Source: Flavobacteriales bacterium (lineage in GTDB: Bacteria > Bacteroidota > Bacteroidia > Flavobacteriales > TMED113). From it: 64,000 nt of DNA. A program made the translations under genes and the position numbers. The notes under the pieces are model-generated. The model saw only the letters and a list, made by a program, of their open reading frames with translations, was not told the origin of the DNA and did no database searches. Shown here in pieces: positions 49,509 through 58,539 of the stretch; the first letter of the stretch is position 1, and each line of letters begins with the position of its first letter. The stretch covers positions 35,482-99,481 of the forward strand of contig PBKX01000004.1 in assembly GCA_002722215.1 (NCBI GenBank). The letters are read 5' to 3'.

Positions 49509-51809
49509 TTGAATCTAACATATTCACAAGACACAATGTTGCTGTCTGAAAGTTTAGGAACAGAATCAATTACATATTTTGCCAGTGATTCTATTATTTA
49601 TGATTTGAAAAATGAAAAAGTATTTCTATATAAAGATGCACAAGTACATTATAAAAACACCGAAGTTAATGCCGGTTTCATATTAATCGATTTTACTACT
49701 AACATCATCGTTGCAAAAGGTATTCAAGATTCTATCAAGAATTACGTACAAAAACCTATTTTAAAAGAGAACGGAAATATTTACTATGCAGATACAATTA
49801 GATATAATTATAAATCAAAAAAAGCAAAAATAAAAAAACTCCTAACAGAGGAAGATGGTGGATATTTACATGGTCAAGAAATAAAAAAAGAAAATGAAAA
49901 AATATACTATTTAAAAAATGGCCAATATACAACCTGTTCGCTTGGAGAGCCTCACTTCTATATTAATGCGAAAAAATTAAAACTAATCACTGGCGAGAAA
50001 ATTATTAGTGGACCTGCAAATTTAGTATTAAATGATATCCCAACACCATTATTTATTCCTTTCGGAATATTTCCACTTGAAAATACAAGATCTTCAGGGT
50101 TTATATTACCAACATATGGAGAATCAGCTAATCTTGGCTACAACTTACGTGGATTAGGTTATCATTTCAGCATCAACGATAACATAAATTTATCTATCAC
50201 AGGTGATATCTATACTAGAGGTAGCTGGAGGTTAAACATGTTCTCTGAGTATAAAAAAAGATATAAGTTTAGTGGGGCTTTTAAAATTAATTTAGCAAAT
50301 ACAAAAATTGGAGAAATTGGAAGAAATGATTACAGTTTGTCAAAAGACTTTAAGATTACGTGGACACATAAACAAAGTTCAAAAGCACATCCAAATAATC
50401 AATTTTCTGCTTCAGTTAATTTAGGTACAAGTTCATACATGCGAAATAATTCATATAATGCTGATTATTTAACCAATACTTTAACATCAAATGTATCCTT
50501 TCAAAGAAATTGGGATAATAAACCTTATAATTTATCAATTAATTTAAGACATAATCAAAATACAATCACCAAACAAGTAGATTTAACTATACCAGAGTTA
50601 ACATTTACTATCAATCGTATATTTCCATTTCAGAATAAAACAAGTCAAGATTGGTTAAAAAATTTAGGAATCAACTACAACACAAATACAAAAAATATAC
50701 TCTCTGCTCCTGATAGCTTATTATTTAAGGATATATCTGCTAACTTGGAAGGTGGCTTACAGCATTCTATTCCTATTTCCACATCATTCAATTTACTAAA
50801 ATATATTAATGTAAGTCCAACAATGAGGTATAATGAAAAATGGTTTTTTAAAAAATTCAATGAAGAATCAAATGATACATTGAGCGGAATATGGGCAATA
50901 CGAGAATTCCAATACTCTACCCAATTTAATACAAAAATCTATGGTTTTTTTAATACTCAGAAAAAACAATTTAGGCATGTATTAACTCCATCAATAAGTT
51001 ACAATTATAAACCTGATTGGTCAAAAGAAGAATTTGCTAATCTTATAGGTATCTATAGTACTTCAACTGCTAATAAGCAAAGTAGATTAAGTTTCAATCT
51101 AAACAATAACCTTGAAATGAAAATACAGGATCAGGGGGAAGAAAAAAAGATTAAATTAATTGAGAATCTCAGCATCAGTGGATATTATGATAATACAGTA
51201 GAAAATTTCAAAATGGGACAATTTGATATTAATTTAAGAACCAAGTTATTTGATAAAATAGATTTTAAATCAAGAAGTACCATTGATCCGTATAAACTTA
51301 ATGAGGATAATATAAGAATAGATGAATTTTTATTAAAATCTGGTAAAATTGGCAGATTAACTAATTTTCAGTTTGATGTTGGATTAGATTTAACCAATCC
51401 GCAAAAGAAAAAAGAGTCTCATTTAGTTAATGAAGAAGAACTAGATTATATCAATGAGAATATTGATAATTTCGTGGACTTTTCAGTGCCTTGGTCTTTA
51501 AAGTTTTATTATAATTTTTCATATTATAAACCTACTATAGAATCAGAAATAACACAATCAATTAATTTCAATGGAGATCTAAATATTACAGAAAAATGGA
51601 AAGTTGGATTTAGATCTGGATATGATTTAAAAAACAAAGATTTTACATATACCTCTATTGATATTTATAGAGATTTACATTGTTGGGAAATGACATTTAA
51701 TTGGATACCCATGGGTTTCCATAGAAGCTACAATCTAGTAATTAGGGTAAAATCTGCAATTCTTCAAGACTTAAAATTGACTAAAAAAAGAGATTTTTAT
51801 GATTATTAA
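49509..51809 (+). CDS. lptD: LPS-assembly protein LptD/OstA family (start probably upstream, see findings)
   Basis: OstA-like N-terminal segment (..IIYDLKNEKVFLYKDAQVHYKNTEVNAGFILIDF..) and a large beta-barrel region. It is divergent from amidase-mlaD, as in other Flavobacteriia. Confidence 0.75.
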   Translation: MNLTYSQDTMLLSESLGTESITYFASDSIIYDLKNEKVFLYKDAQVHYKNTEVNAGFILIDFTTNIIVAKGIQDSIKNYVQKPILKENGNIYYADTIRYNYKSKKAKIKKLLTEEDGGYLHGQEIKKENEKIYYLKNGQYTTCSLGEPHFYINAKKLKLITGEKIISGPANLVLNDIPTPLFIPFGIFPLENTRSSGFILPTYGESANLGYNLRGLGYHFSINDNINLSITGDIYTRGSWRLNMFSEYKKRYKFSGAFKINLANTKIGEIGRNDYSLSKDFKITWTHKQSSKAHPNNQFSASVNLGTSSYMRNNSYNADYLTNTLTSNVSFQRNWDNKPYNLSINLRHNQNTITKQVDLTIPELTFTINRIFPFQNKTSQDWLKNLGINYNTNTKNILSAPDSLLFKDISANLEGGLQHSIPISTSFNLLKYINVSPTMRYNEKWFFKKFNEESNDTLSGIWAIREFQYSTQFNTKIYGFFNTQKKQFRHVLTPSISYNYKPDWSKEEFANLIGIYSTSTANKQSRLSFNLNNNLEMKIQDQGEEKKIKLIENLSISGYYDNTVENFKMGQFDINLRTKLFDKIDFKSRSTIDPYKLNEDNIRIDEFLLKSGKIGRLTNFQFDVGLDLTNPQKKKESHLVNEEELDYINENIDNFVDFSVPWSLKFYYNFSYYKPTIESEITQSINFNGDLNITEKWKVGFRSGYDLKNKDFTYTSIDIYRDLHCWEMTFNWIPMGFHRSYNLVIRVKSAILQDLKLTKKRDFYDY

Positions 51810-52369
51810 GAAGTTATCCAATTTTTTAATATCATATTACCATAGTTAGTTAAAATAGATTCTGGATGGTACTGAATCCCTATAAGCGGATAAACTTTAT
51901 GAGTAAATGACATTACCGTATTTTCGTGATCTACAGCAGTGATTTTAAATTGATTTTCTTGATTTATTGCAATAGCCCAAGAATGATACCGCCCAACTGT
52001 TAAGGTGTGATTTATATCTCTGTAAATTATATCATTTTTATCCAATATCCTAACATCCGATTTTTTACCATGCATTACTTTTTGAAGATTATACAAATCC
52101 AATCCATATGAAACTGCTATTGCCTGTGCCCCTAAACAAATACCTAAAATTGGAATTTTATCAGCATAATATTTAATAACATCGATCGTGCAACCAGCAT
52201 TTTTTGGTAAACCAGGACCTGGAGAAAGAATAATTTTATCGTATTTAATTAGATTAGGGATATTAATACAATCATTACGTATTACATCTACAAATGATAC
52301 ATATGGTTCACAAATATGTTTTAAATTAAATGTGAAAGAATCATAATTGTCAATTATCAGTAATTTCAT
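51806..52369 (-). CDS. glutamine amidotransferase of anthranilate/aminodeoxychorismate synthase (TrpG/PabA)
   Basis: Class I GATase triad context: GICLGAQ and IQYHPES. 187 aa. Confidence 0.8.
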   Translation of the reverse strand: MKLLIIDNYDSFTFNLKHICEPYVSFVDVIRNDCINIPNLIKYDKIILSPGPGLPKNAGCTIDVIKYYADKIPILGICLGAQAIAVSYGLDLYNLQKVMHGKKSDVRILDKNDIIYRDINHTLTVGRYHSWAIAINQENQFKITAVDHENTVMSFTHKVYPLIGIQYHPESILTNYGNMILKNWITS

Positions 52370-52399
52370 ATATTTTGTAAATTTCGAAAAACTTTCTCT

Positions 52400-52780
52400 A
52401 TGAAAAGAAAAATATCATCAAATAATGCTCCCAAGCCAATTGGACCATATAGTCAAGCTATTAAAATAGATAGCTTATTATTTATATCTGGACAAATAGG
52501 TATCAACCCAGAAACAAACTTGTTGGTTAATGAGAATATCAAAGAAGAAACTAGAATGGTAATGGAAAATATTAAATCAATTTTATTAGAATCATCTTGT
52601 AGATTTGATCATATTGTGAAATGTAGTATTTTCTTATCAAATATGAAGAAATTTAATGATGTTAATGAAGTTTATGGGGAATATTTTAAAGAGCCGTATC
52701 CTGCTAGAGAAACAATAGAGGTAAAAGCGCTCCCTAAAAATGTAAATGTAGAAATATCTGCAATCGCAATTTGTAAATAA
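52400..52780 (+). CDS. ridA: RidA/YjgF family reactive-intermediate deaminase
   Basis: APKPIGPYSQA, FISGQIG and PARETIEV motifs. 126 aa. Confidence 0.85.
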   Translation: MKRKISSNNAPKPIGPYSQAIKIDSLLFISGQIGINPETNLLVNENIKEETRMVMENIKSILLESSCRFDHIVKCSIFLSNMKKFNDVNEVYGEYFKEPYPARETIEVKALPKNVNVEISAIAICK

Positions 52781-52810
52781 TTATCTTTGATAAAACTTAA
52801 ATAAAATAAT

Positions 52811-54199
52811 ATGAATTTTGATATAATTATCATCGGAAGTGGTCCGGGAGGATATGTGGCTGCCATCAGGGCGTCACAGTTAGGATTTAAAACAGCCATT
52901 GTAGAAAAAGAAAGCCTAGGTGGTATTTGCTTAAACTGGGGGTGTATTCCTACTAAAGCTCTTTTAAAAAGTGCACAGGTCTTTGAATATATTCAACATG
53001 CATCAGATTTTGGAATTAGTATTAATGACTATAAATTAAATTTTACAGATGTTATTAATCGAAGTAGAAATACTGCATCCAATATGAGTAAAGGTATTAA
53101 CTTTTTAATGAAAAAAAATAAAATTACTGTCATTAATGGATTTGCAAAATTAGATAGCAATAAAACTGTCAAAGTGATCGATGGTAATAAAAAAGAGACT
53201 AGCTATTCTGCTAAACATATTATTATTTCAACAGGAGCAAGATCAAGACAGCTTCCTAACTTAAAACAAAATGGGAAAAATATTATTGGCTACAGAGAAG
53301 CATTAAGTTTAAATACATTGCCTAAATCTATGATTATTGTCGGCTCTGGTGCTATTGGTGTTGAATTTGCATATTTCTATAATGCTATGGGATCGGAGGT
53401 AACTTTAGTGGAATACTTACCTGAAATAGTCCCAAATGAAGATATCGATGTCTCTAAAGAATTAGAAAAAAATCTCAAAAAGAAAGGAGTTAAGATATTA
53501 ACAGAATCCAGTATAGATAAAATTGAAGAAAAAAATAAAGGAATTACTGCTACAATTAAAACAAAAAAAGGAGAAAATAAGCTCAATGCGGATATTATCT
53601 TGTCAGCAGTTGGGATTACTCCAAATATTGAAAATATCGGCCTAGAGGGCTTAAAAATAGCCACAGAGGGAGGGAGAATTATTGTGGATAGTTACTATCA
53701 AACTAATATTCCTGGATATTATGCCATTGGAGATGTTATCCCGGGACCTGCTCTAGCTCATGTAGCTTCTGCGGAAGGAATAATATGTATAGAAAAAATA
53801 GCAGGCCAAAATCCAGAACCAATAGATTATCATAATATACCGGGTTGTACATATTGTTCTCCAGAAATTGCATCCGTTGGACTAACTGAAGCGAAAGCAA
53901 AAGAAAAAGGATATAAGTTAAAAATTGGGAAATTTCCTTTTTCTGCATCAGGAAAGGCAAATGCGGCAGGTCACACACAAGGCTTTGTTAAAATAATTTA
54001 TGATGCGGAATATGGTGAACTTCTAGGAGCTCACATGATAGGCTACAACGTAACTGAAATGATAGCTGAAATTGTAGCAGCGAAAAAATTAGAAACAACT
54101 GCTCACGAAATTTTAAAAAGTGTTCATCCACATCCAACAATGAGTGAAGCGGTCATGGAAGCTACAGCAGATGCTTACGGAGAAGTTATACATTTATAA
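52811..54199 (+). CDS. lpdA: dihydrolipoyl dehydrogenase (E3)
   Basis: FAD loop IIIGSGPGGYVAA, redox disulfide GGICLNWGCIPTK and the C-terminal HPHPTMSE. Confidence 0.9.
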   Translation: MNFDIIIIGSGPGGYVAAIRASQLGFKTAIVEKESLGGICLNWGCIPTKALLKSAQVFEYIQHASDFGISINDYKLNFTDVINRSRNTASNMSKGINFLMKKNKITVINGFAKLDSNKTVKVIDGNKKETSYSAKHIIISTGARSRQLPNLKQNGKNIIGYREALSLNTLPKSMIIVGSGAIGVEFAYFYNAMGSEVTLVEYLPEIVPNEDIDVSKELEKNLKKKGVKILTESSIDKIEEKNKGITATIKTKKGENKLNADIILSAVGITPNIENIGLEGLKIATEGGRIIVDSYYQTNIPGYYAIGDVIPGPALAHVASAEGIICIEKIAGQNPEPIDYHNIPGCTYCSPEIASVGLTEAKAKEKGYKLKIGKFPFSASGKANAAGHTQGFVKIIYDAEYGELLGAHMIGYNVTEMIAEIVAAKKLETTAHEILKSVHPHPTMSEAVMEATADAYGEVIHL

Positions 54200-54344
54200 A
54201 CCAATAATTTTTGAGTACTGAAAGGGTAATCTTCATATCATGATCAATAAGCAATTTATTTAAATTATTTTCCTAGAAATACAAATAAACAATATAATCC
54301 CTCGAAATAAATTTGGGACAGATATAACATAAAAAAAGGTGGTT

Positions 54345-54600
54345 TTATTTTAAAATATATTTTTTCTCCACTGTTCCGTCATCATAAATATTAAAAAATA
54401 TACACCCTATGTATTGGTAAGGTATTTGTCTACCAAGAACATCAACTGTTTTCATCAACAAGACTAAGAGAAGGGTTAATTAAATTTAAATCCTGTGTTA
54501 TAAATGTAGTTGCAACATCTTCTGCCTTTTCTAAACTCACCTCATCAGCCCACGAAAAAGTAAAGCATAAAAAAATATAAAATAGTAGGCATTTTTTCAT
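54345..54600 (-). pseudogene. relic (or frameshifted mini-gene) of a T9SS-secreted protein: signal peptide plus a short CTD-like tail
   Basis: Frame 1 (54600..54442): MKKCLLFYIFLCFTFSWADEVSLEKAEDVATTFITQDLNLINPSLSLVDENS*. Frame 2 (54455..54345): MKTVDVLGRQIPYQYIGCIFFNIYDDGTVEKKYILK*. The two frames overlap at gatgaaaacagttgatg. Confidence 0.45.
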
Positions 54601-54804
54601 AAATGATAAATATTAAATTCTAAATAACATTGTGTTACATCTTTACAAAGACAGGGAATTTATAGATAACATAATTATGTATTATATGTGCATAAATTCA
54701 TATTAAAAATAATCTAGAAGTTGCATAAAAAATCATTAAATATATAAATAAACAAATGCTTTTTTAAAATTTTATAAAAATTAAAAAAATATAAACCTTA
54801 TATT

Positions 54805-54812
54805 TATCTTTG
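54805..54812 (+). promoter_or_regulatory. candidate Bacteroidota -7 promoter box (TATCTTTG) upstream of trmD
   Basis: Same octamer as upstream of the tRNA gene. It would give a ~120-nt leader before the trmD ATG at 54940. Confidence 0.3.
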
Positions 54813-54939
54813 TAATGCTAAGTGTCTGGAAAAAAGTATGTTATAGCAAGAGTATGACAGAATGTCAATTCATGTTTTTCTGCAAAAACAATAAAAATCA
54901 ATTGAATTTATTTGAAAATATTATGTAACTTTGGGATCT

Positions 54940-55620
54940 ATGAGAATTGATATTTTATCACCCCTACCGCACTTACTAAAAGCACCATTTACAACATCCA
55001 TTTTAGCAAAAGCAATTGAAAAAAAAATAGTTGAAATTCACATTCATGACCTAAGAGACTATGCTACAAATAGCAAAAACCAAATTGATGATTATTCATA
55101 TGGTGGTGGCGGCGGAATGGTATTAATGATTGAACCAATCGCAAACTGCATCGAGACACTACAGAAAGAAAGAAAATACGACACAGTGATTTTCATGACA
55201 CCTGATGGCGAAAAATTAACTCAAAAAACATGTAATCAGCTTTCTCAAGAAAAAAATATTATTATTCTATGCGGACGCTATGAAGGAATTGACCAAAGAA
55301 TAAGAGATATCCTGATAGATAAAGAAATATCTATTGGTGATTATGTCATGACAGGTGGAGAATTACCAGCACTTGTACTATGTGATTGCATAATTAGATT
55401 ATTACCTGGAAGCATGAGCAATTCAACATGCGCATTATCAGACTCATTTCAAGACAACCTTCTAGCGCCCCCCATATACACAAGGCCTTCGGATTTTAGA
55501 GGAAATAAAGTTCCTGAAGTACTTTTATCAGGAAATGACAAGAAAATTTCGGAGTGGAGAGATAATGAATCCTATCAAAAAACAAAACAACAAAGACCAG
55601 ATTTGTTAAATAAAAAATAA
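54940..55620 (+). CDS. trmD: tRNA (guanine37-N1)-methyltransferase TrmD
   Basis: MRIDILSPLP..., YSYGGGGGMVLM, LCGRYEGIDQR and GDYVMTGGELPA motifs. ATG 54940 is preferred over TTG 54931. Confidence 0.9.
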   Translation: MRIDILSPLPHLLKAPFTTSILAKAIEKKIVEIHIHDLRDYATNSKNQIDDYSYGGGGGMVLMIEPIANCIETLQKERKYDTVIFMTPDGEKLTQKTCNQLSQEKNIIILCGRYEGIDQRIRDILIDKEISIGDYVMTGGELPALVLCDCIIRLLPGSMSNSTCALSDSFQDNLLAPPIYTRPSDFRGNKVPEVLLSGNDKKISEWRDNESYQKTKQQRPDLLNKK

Positions 55621-55636
55621 ATTGGCATTTTTTTTC

Positions 55637-55666
55637 TTGCGAATCATAAAAAGATCCTTAATTTTG
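55637..55666 (+). promoter_or_regulatory. candidate Bacteroidota promoter for rplS (-33 TTG plus -7 TAATTTTG)
   Basis: cTTGcg at 55637..55639 and TAATTTTG at 55659..55666 with a 19-bp spacer. The ATG lies 23 nt downstream. Confidence 0.45.
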
Positions 55667-55688
55667 CAAACCCATAAATGTATGTATC

Positions 55689-56045
55689 ATGAATTTACTA
55701 AGGAGTCAAATAGAAAGTAGTTTAATTACCAAAAAAGATCACCCAAACTTCAAAGCTGGAGATACAATTACAGTTTTTTACAAAATTAAAGAAGGTGAAA
55801 AAGAAAGGACACAGTTTTTTAAAGGCGATGTGATTCAACGAAAAGGAACTGGATTAACAGAGACATTTACTATTCGCAAAATGTCTAATGGAATTGGAGT
55901 AGAAAGAGTATTTCCTATAAATTCACCCGGAATTGAAAAGATTGAAATCAATAAACACGGTAAAGTACGAAGAGCTCGGATATTTTACATGAGACAACGA
56001 ACAGGTAAAAGCGCTAGAATTAAACAAAAAAGACAATCAAGCTAA
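55689..56045 (+). CDS. rplS: 50S ribosomal protein L19
   Basis: FKAGDTITVFYKIKEGEKERTQFFKGDVI..., typical of L19. Directly downstream of trmD. Confidence 0.95.
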   Translation: MNLLRSQIESSLITKKDHPNFKAGDTITVFYKIKEGEKERTQFFKGDVIQRKGTGLTETFTIRKMSNGIGVERVFPINSPGIEKIEINKHGKVRRARIFYMRQRTGKSARIKQKRQSS

Positions 56046-57382
56046 TTTTCTAAGCTTTCAACAACTGAACATACAGTTGCATCTCCTGTTACATTAACAA
56101 CTGTTCTACACATATCTAGAATTCTATCTACTGGAAAGATAATACTTATCCATGCAGGATTTAAACCGACTGAATCTAATACTATAATTAACATGATAAG
56201 ACCTGCACTAGGCACTGCAGCAGACCCTATTGAGGCCATAGTTGCAGTAAAGACAATTAATAATTGCTGACTAACAGTAAGGTCAACCATATGCATTTGA
56301 GCTAAGAAAACAACTGCAACTGCCTGATACAAACTTGTCCCATCCATATTGACTGTTGCACCAATAGGCAAAACAAAACCAGACACTTTAGTAGACACTC
56401 CTAGATTTTTATTGACACAATCCATAGTTACAGGTAAAGTTGCAGCGCTAGAGGAAGTAGAAAATGCAAGCATTTGGGCAGAAGCAATAGATTGAAAAAA
56501 ATGAGAATACGTCTTTTTAGTGAATAAATACATAATAGCAGGATAAATCAAGAACACCATAGCACCAAGCCCACCTAAAACAACTAAGGAATAGATTCCT
56601 AGACCCTTAAAAATCTCCAAAACGCCTACCGGATTATCACCAGCTAATTTTGATATAACACCAGCTAATAGCGCGAATACAAAATATGGAGCACCCCACA
56701 TCACAATATCAACCATTTTTAAAAATACACTATTAAAAGAATCAACAAGACCAATAATGACACTAGCCTCTTTCTCTGGTATTAACACAAGAGTAATCCC
56801 AAAGAATACAGCAAAAAATATAATCTTCAACATCGATTTATTATCTGCTAAAGATTCAAAAATATTTGATGGCACCATATCAACTATAAATTGCAAAGGA
56901 CTATTGTTTTTTTGGCGATCAACATCATTTTTAATTTTTTTAAGTTTTTCATCAGACAATTTGTTTTGAGAATTAAGTTCAGAAGAGCTTACAGTTAAAT
57001 TCTCACCATTTTTCCATTTTTCATATGCTAAATTATTTTCTTGACGCTGAGATAGTGAAATTTTTGCACCCGGCTTTACAAGATTCACTATGCAAAGGCC
57101 AATCGAAACAGATAATATTGTAGTTAAAAGATAAGCACCTAATGTTTTAAACCCCATCCGACCCAATAAGGATATATTTGAAATACTAGAAATACCCTTA
57201 ATAACAGAGAAAAGAACTAAGGGGATAGCAATTAATTTCAATAAGCTTATAAAAATATCTCCAAAAGGACTAATCCAATTAATAGTAAAAGAAGACAAGC
57301 CAAAAAAACTTGATAAAATAGACCAAATAACACCTAAAAACATACCAATAATAATTTTCCAGTGCAAACTTAATTTTTTCAT
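56042..57382 (-). CDS. dicarboxylate/amino acid:cation symporter (DAACS, GltP-like)
   Basis: Polytopic protein with SSSAATLP and GATVNMDGTSLYQAV motifs. Confidence 0.85.
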   Translation of the reverse strand: MKKLSLHWKIIIGMFLGVIWSILSSFFGLSSFTINWISPFGDIFISLLKLIAIPLVLFSVIKGISSISNISLLGRMGFKTLGAYLLTTILSVSIGLCIVNLVKPGAKISLSQRQENNLAYEKWKNGENLTVSSSELNSQNKLSDEKLKKIKNDVDRQKNNSPLQFIVDMVPSNIFESLADNKSMLKIIFFAVFFGITLVLIPEKEASVIIGLVDSFNSVFLKMVDIVMWGAPYFVFALLAGVISKLAGDNPVGVLEIFKGLGIYSLVVLGGLGAMVFLIYPAIMYLFTKKTYSHFFQSIASAQMLAFSTSSSAATLPVTMDCVNKNLGVSTKVSGFVLPIGATVNMDGTSLYQAVAVVFLAQMHMVDLTVSQQLLIVFTATMASIGSAAVPSAGLIMLIIVLDSVGLNPAWISIIFPVDRILDMCRTVVNVTGDATVCSVVESLEN

Positions 57383-58464
57383 AAATCGGATATTTTTGTT
57401 GTTTTATTTAATAAATAATAATCTAATATAATCATTGCTGTCATAGCATCCACTATAGGCACCGCTCTTGGCAATACACAAGCGTCATGTCTCCCAGAAG
57501 GCTTAATTGTCACATCCTTTAATTTATTATTAATAGATCTCTGCTCCATAAAAAGACTAGAAACAGGCTTAAAAGCTGATCTAAAACATATATCTTGACC
57601 ATTACTAATGCCCCCAACAATACCACCTGAGTGATTTGTTGTAGTCCCCACCACGCCTGATTTAACACAAAACAAGTCATTTCCTTCAGACCCCCTTTTT
57701 CTAGAATAATCAAACCCCAAACCAAATTCAACACCTTTACAGGTATTAATATTTAAAATTGAAGATGCAATAGCGGACTGGAGTTTATGAAAAACAGGCT
57801 CCCCTAAGCCAAAAGGGACTCCTTTTATGACAGTAGATATACAGCCACCAACCGTATCGCCATTTGCTTTACAACTTTTAATCAGCTGCTCCATTTCATT
57901 AGCCTTTTCTGAAATAGGGCAACGTATTACATTACTATAAATCAAATCCGAATCTACATCTAAATAATCTGCCCCAACATCAATATGACCTACTGATGAA
58001 ACATAAGATGTAACAGTGATCCCTTTCTGTAACAGAATTTGTGATGCAATCGCTCCACCAACAACCCAATTAACTGTTTCTCTAGCAGAAGACCTACCCC
58101 CTCCCCTATAATCACGTAATCCATATTTTTTTTCGTATGTAAAATCTGCATGAGAAGGCCGAAAAACATCTTTTAAATTATTATAATCACTAGATCTAGC
58201 ATCTTTATTTTTAATGAGAAATCCAATGGGAGTACCAAGAGTCACACCATCAATAATACCGGATAAAAATTCAACCTGATCATCCTCATCTCTATCAGTA
58301 CTAATAAAACTCGCACTAGGTTTCCGCCGATTTAAAAACTGTTGAATTTTAACAACATTTAATTTTAAACCAGAGGGGCAGCCATCAATAATACCACCAA
58401 CAGCAGGACCATGAGATTCGCCAAATGTAGTTAATTTAAATAAGTGACCTATTGATGATGACAT
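57379..58464 (-). CDS. aroC: chorismate synthase
   Basis: TTFGESHGPAVGGIIDG, GGGRSSARET and RHDACV motifs. Confidence 0.95.
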   Translation of the reverse strand: MSSSIGHLFKLTTFGESHGPAVGGIIDGCPSGLKLNVVKIQQFLNRRKPSASFISTDRDEDDQVEFLSGIIDGVTLGTPIGFLIKNKDARSSDYNNLKDVFRPSHADFTYEKKYGLRDYRGGGRSSARETVNWVVGGAIASQILLQKGITVTSYVSSVGHIDVGADYLDVDSDLIYSNVIRCPISEKANEMEQLIKSCKANGDTVGGCISTVIKGVPFGLGEPVFHKLQSAIASSILNINTCKGVEFGLGFDYSRKRGSEGNDLFCVKSGVVGTTTNHSGGIVGGISNGQDICFRSAFKPVSSLFMEQRSINNKLKDVTIKPSGRHDACVLPRAVPIVDAMTAMIILDYYLLNKTTKISDL

Positions 58465-58539
58465 AATTAAACAAATATATCAATTTCATTAATCATTATA
58501 TATTCACTTAATTTGCATTATAATTATTTGTATAATAAC

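Noticed and set aside
49411-49569. N-terminal extension of the amidase ORF (track start TTG 49569; alternative ATG 49521)
   Set aside because: GTG 49410 yields a clean signal peptide directly followed by the mature amidase. The longer forms would overlap lptD and bury the signal sequence.
54854-54928. 24-codon uORF upstream of trmD considered as a real small protein
   Set aside because: It is too short to distinguish from chance. It is kept only as part of the low-interest leader observation.
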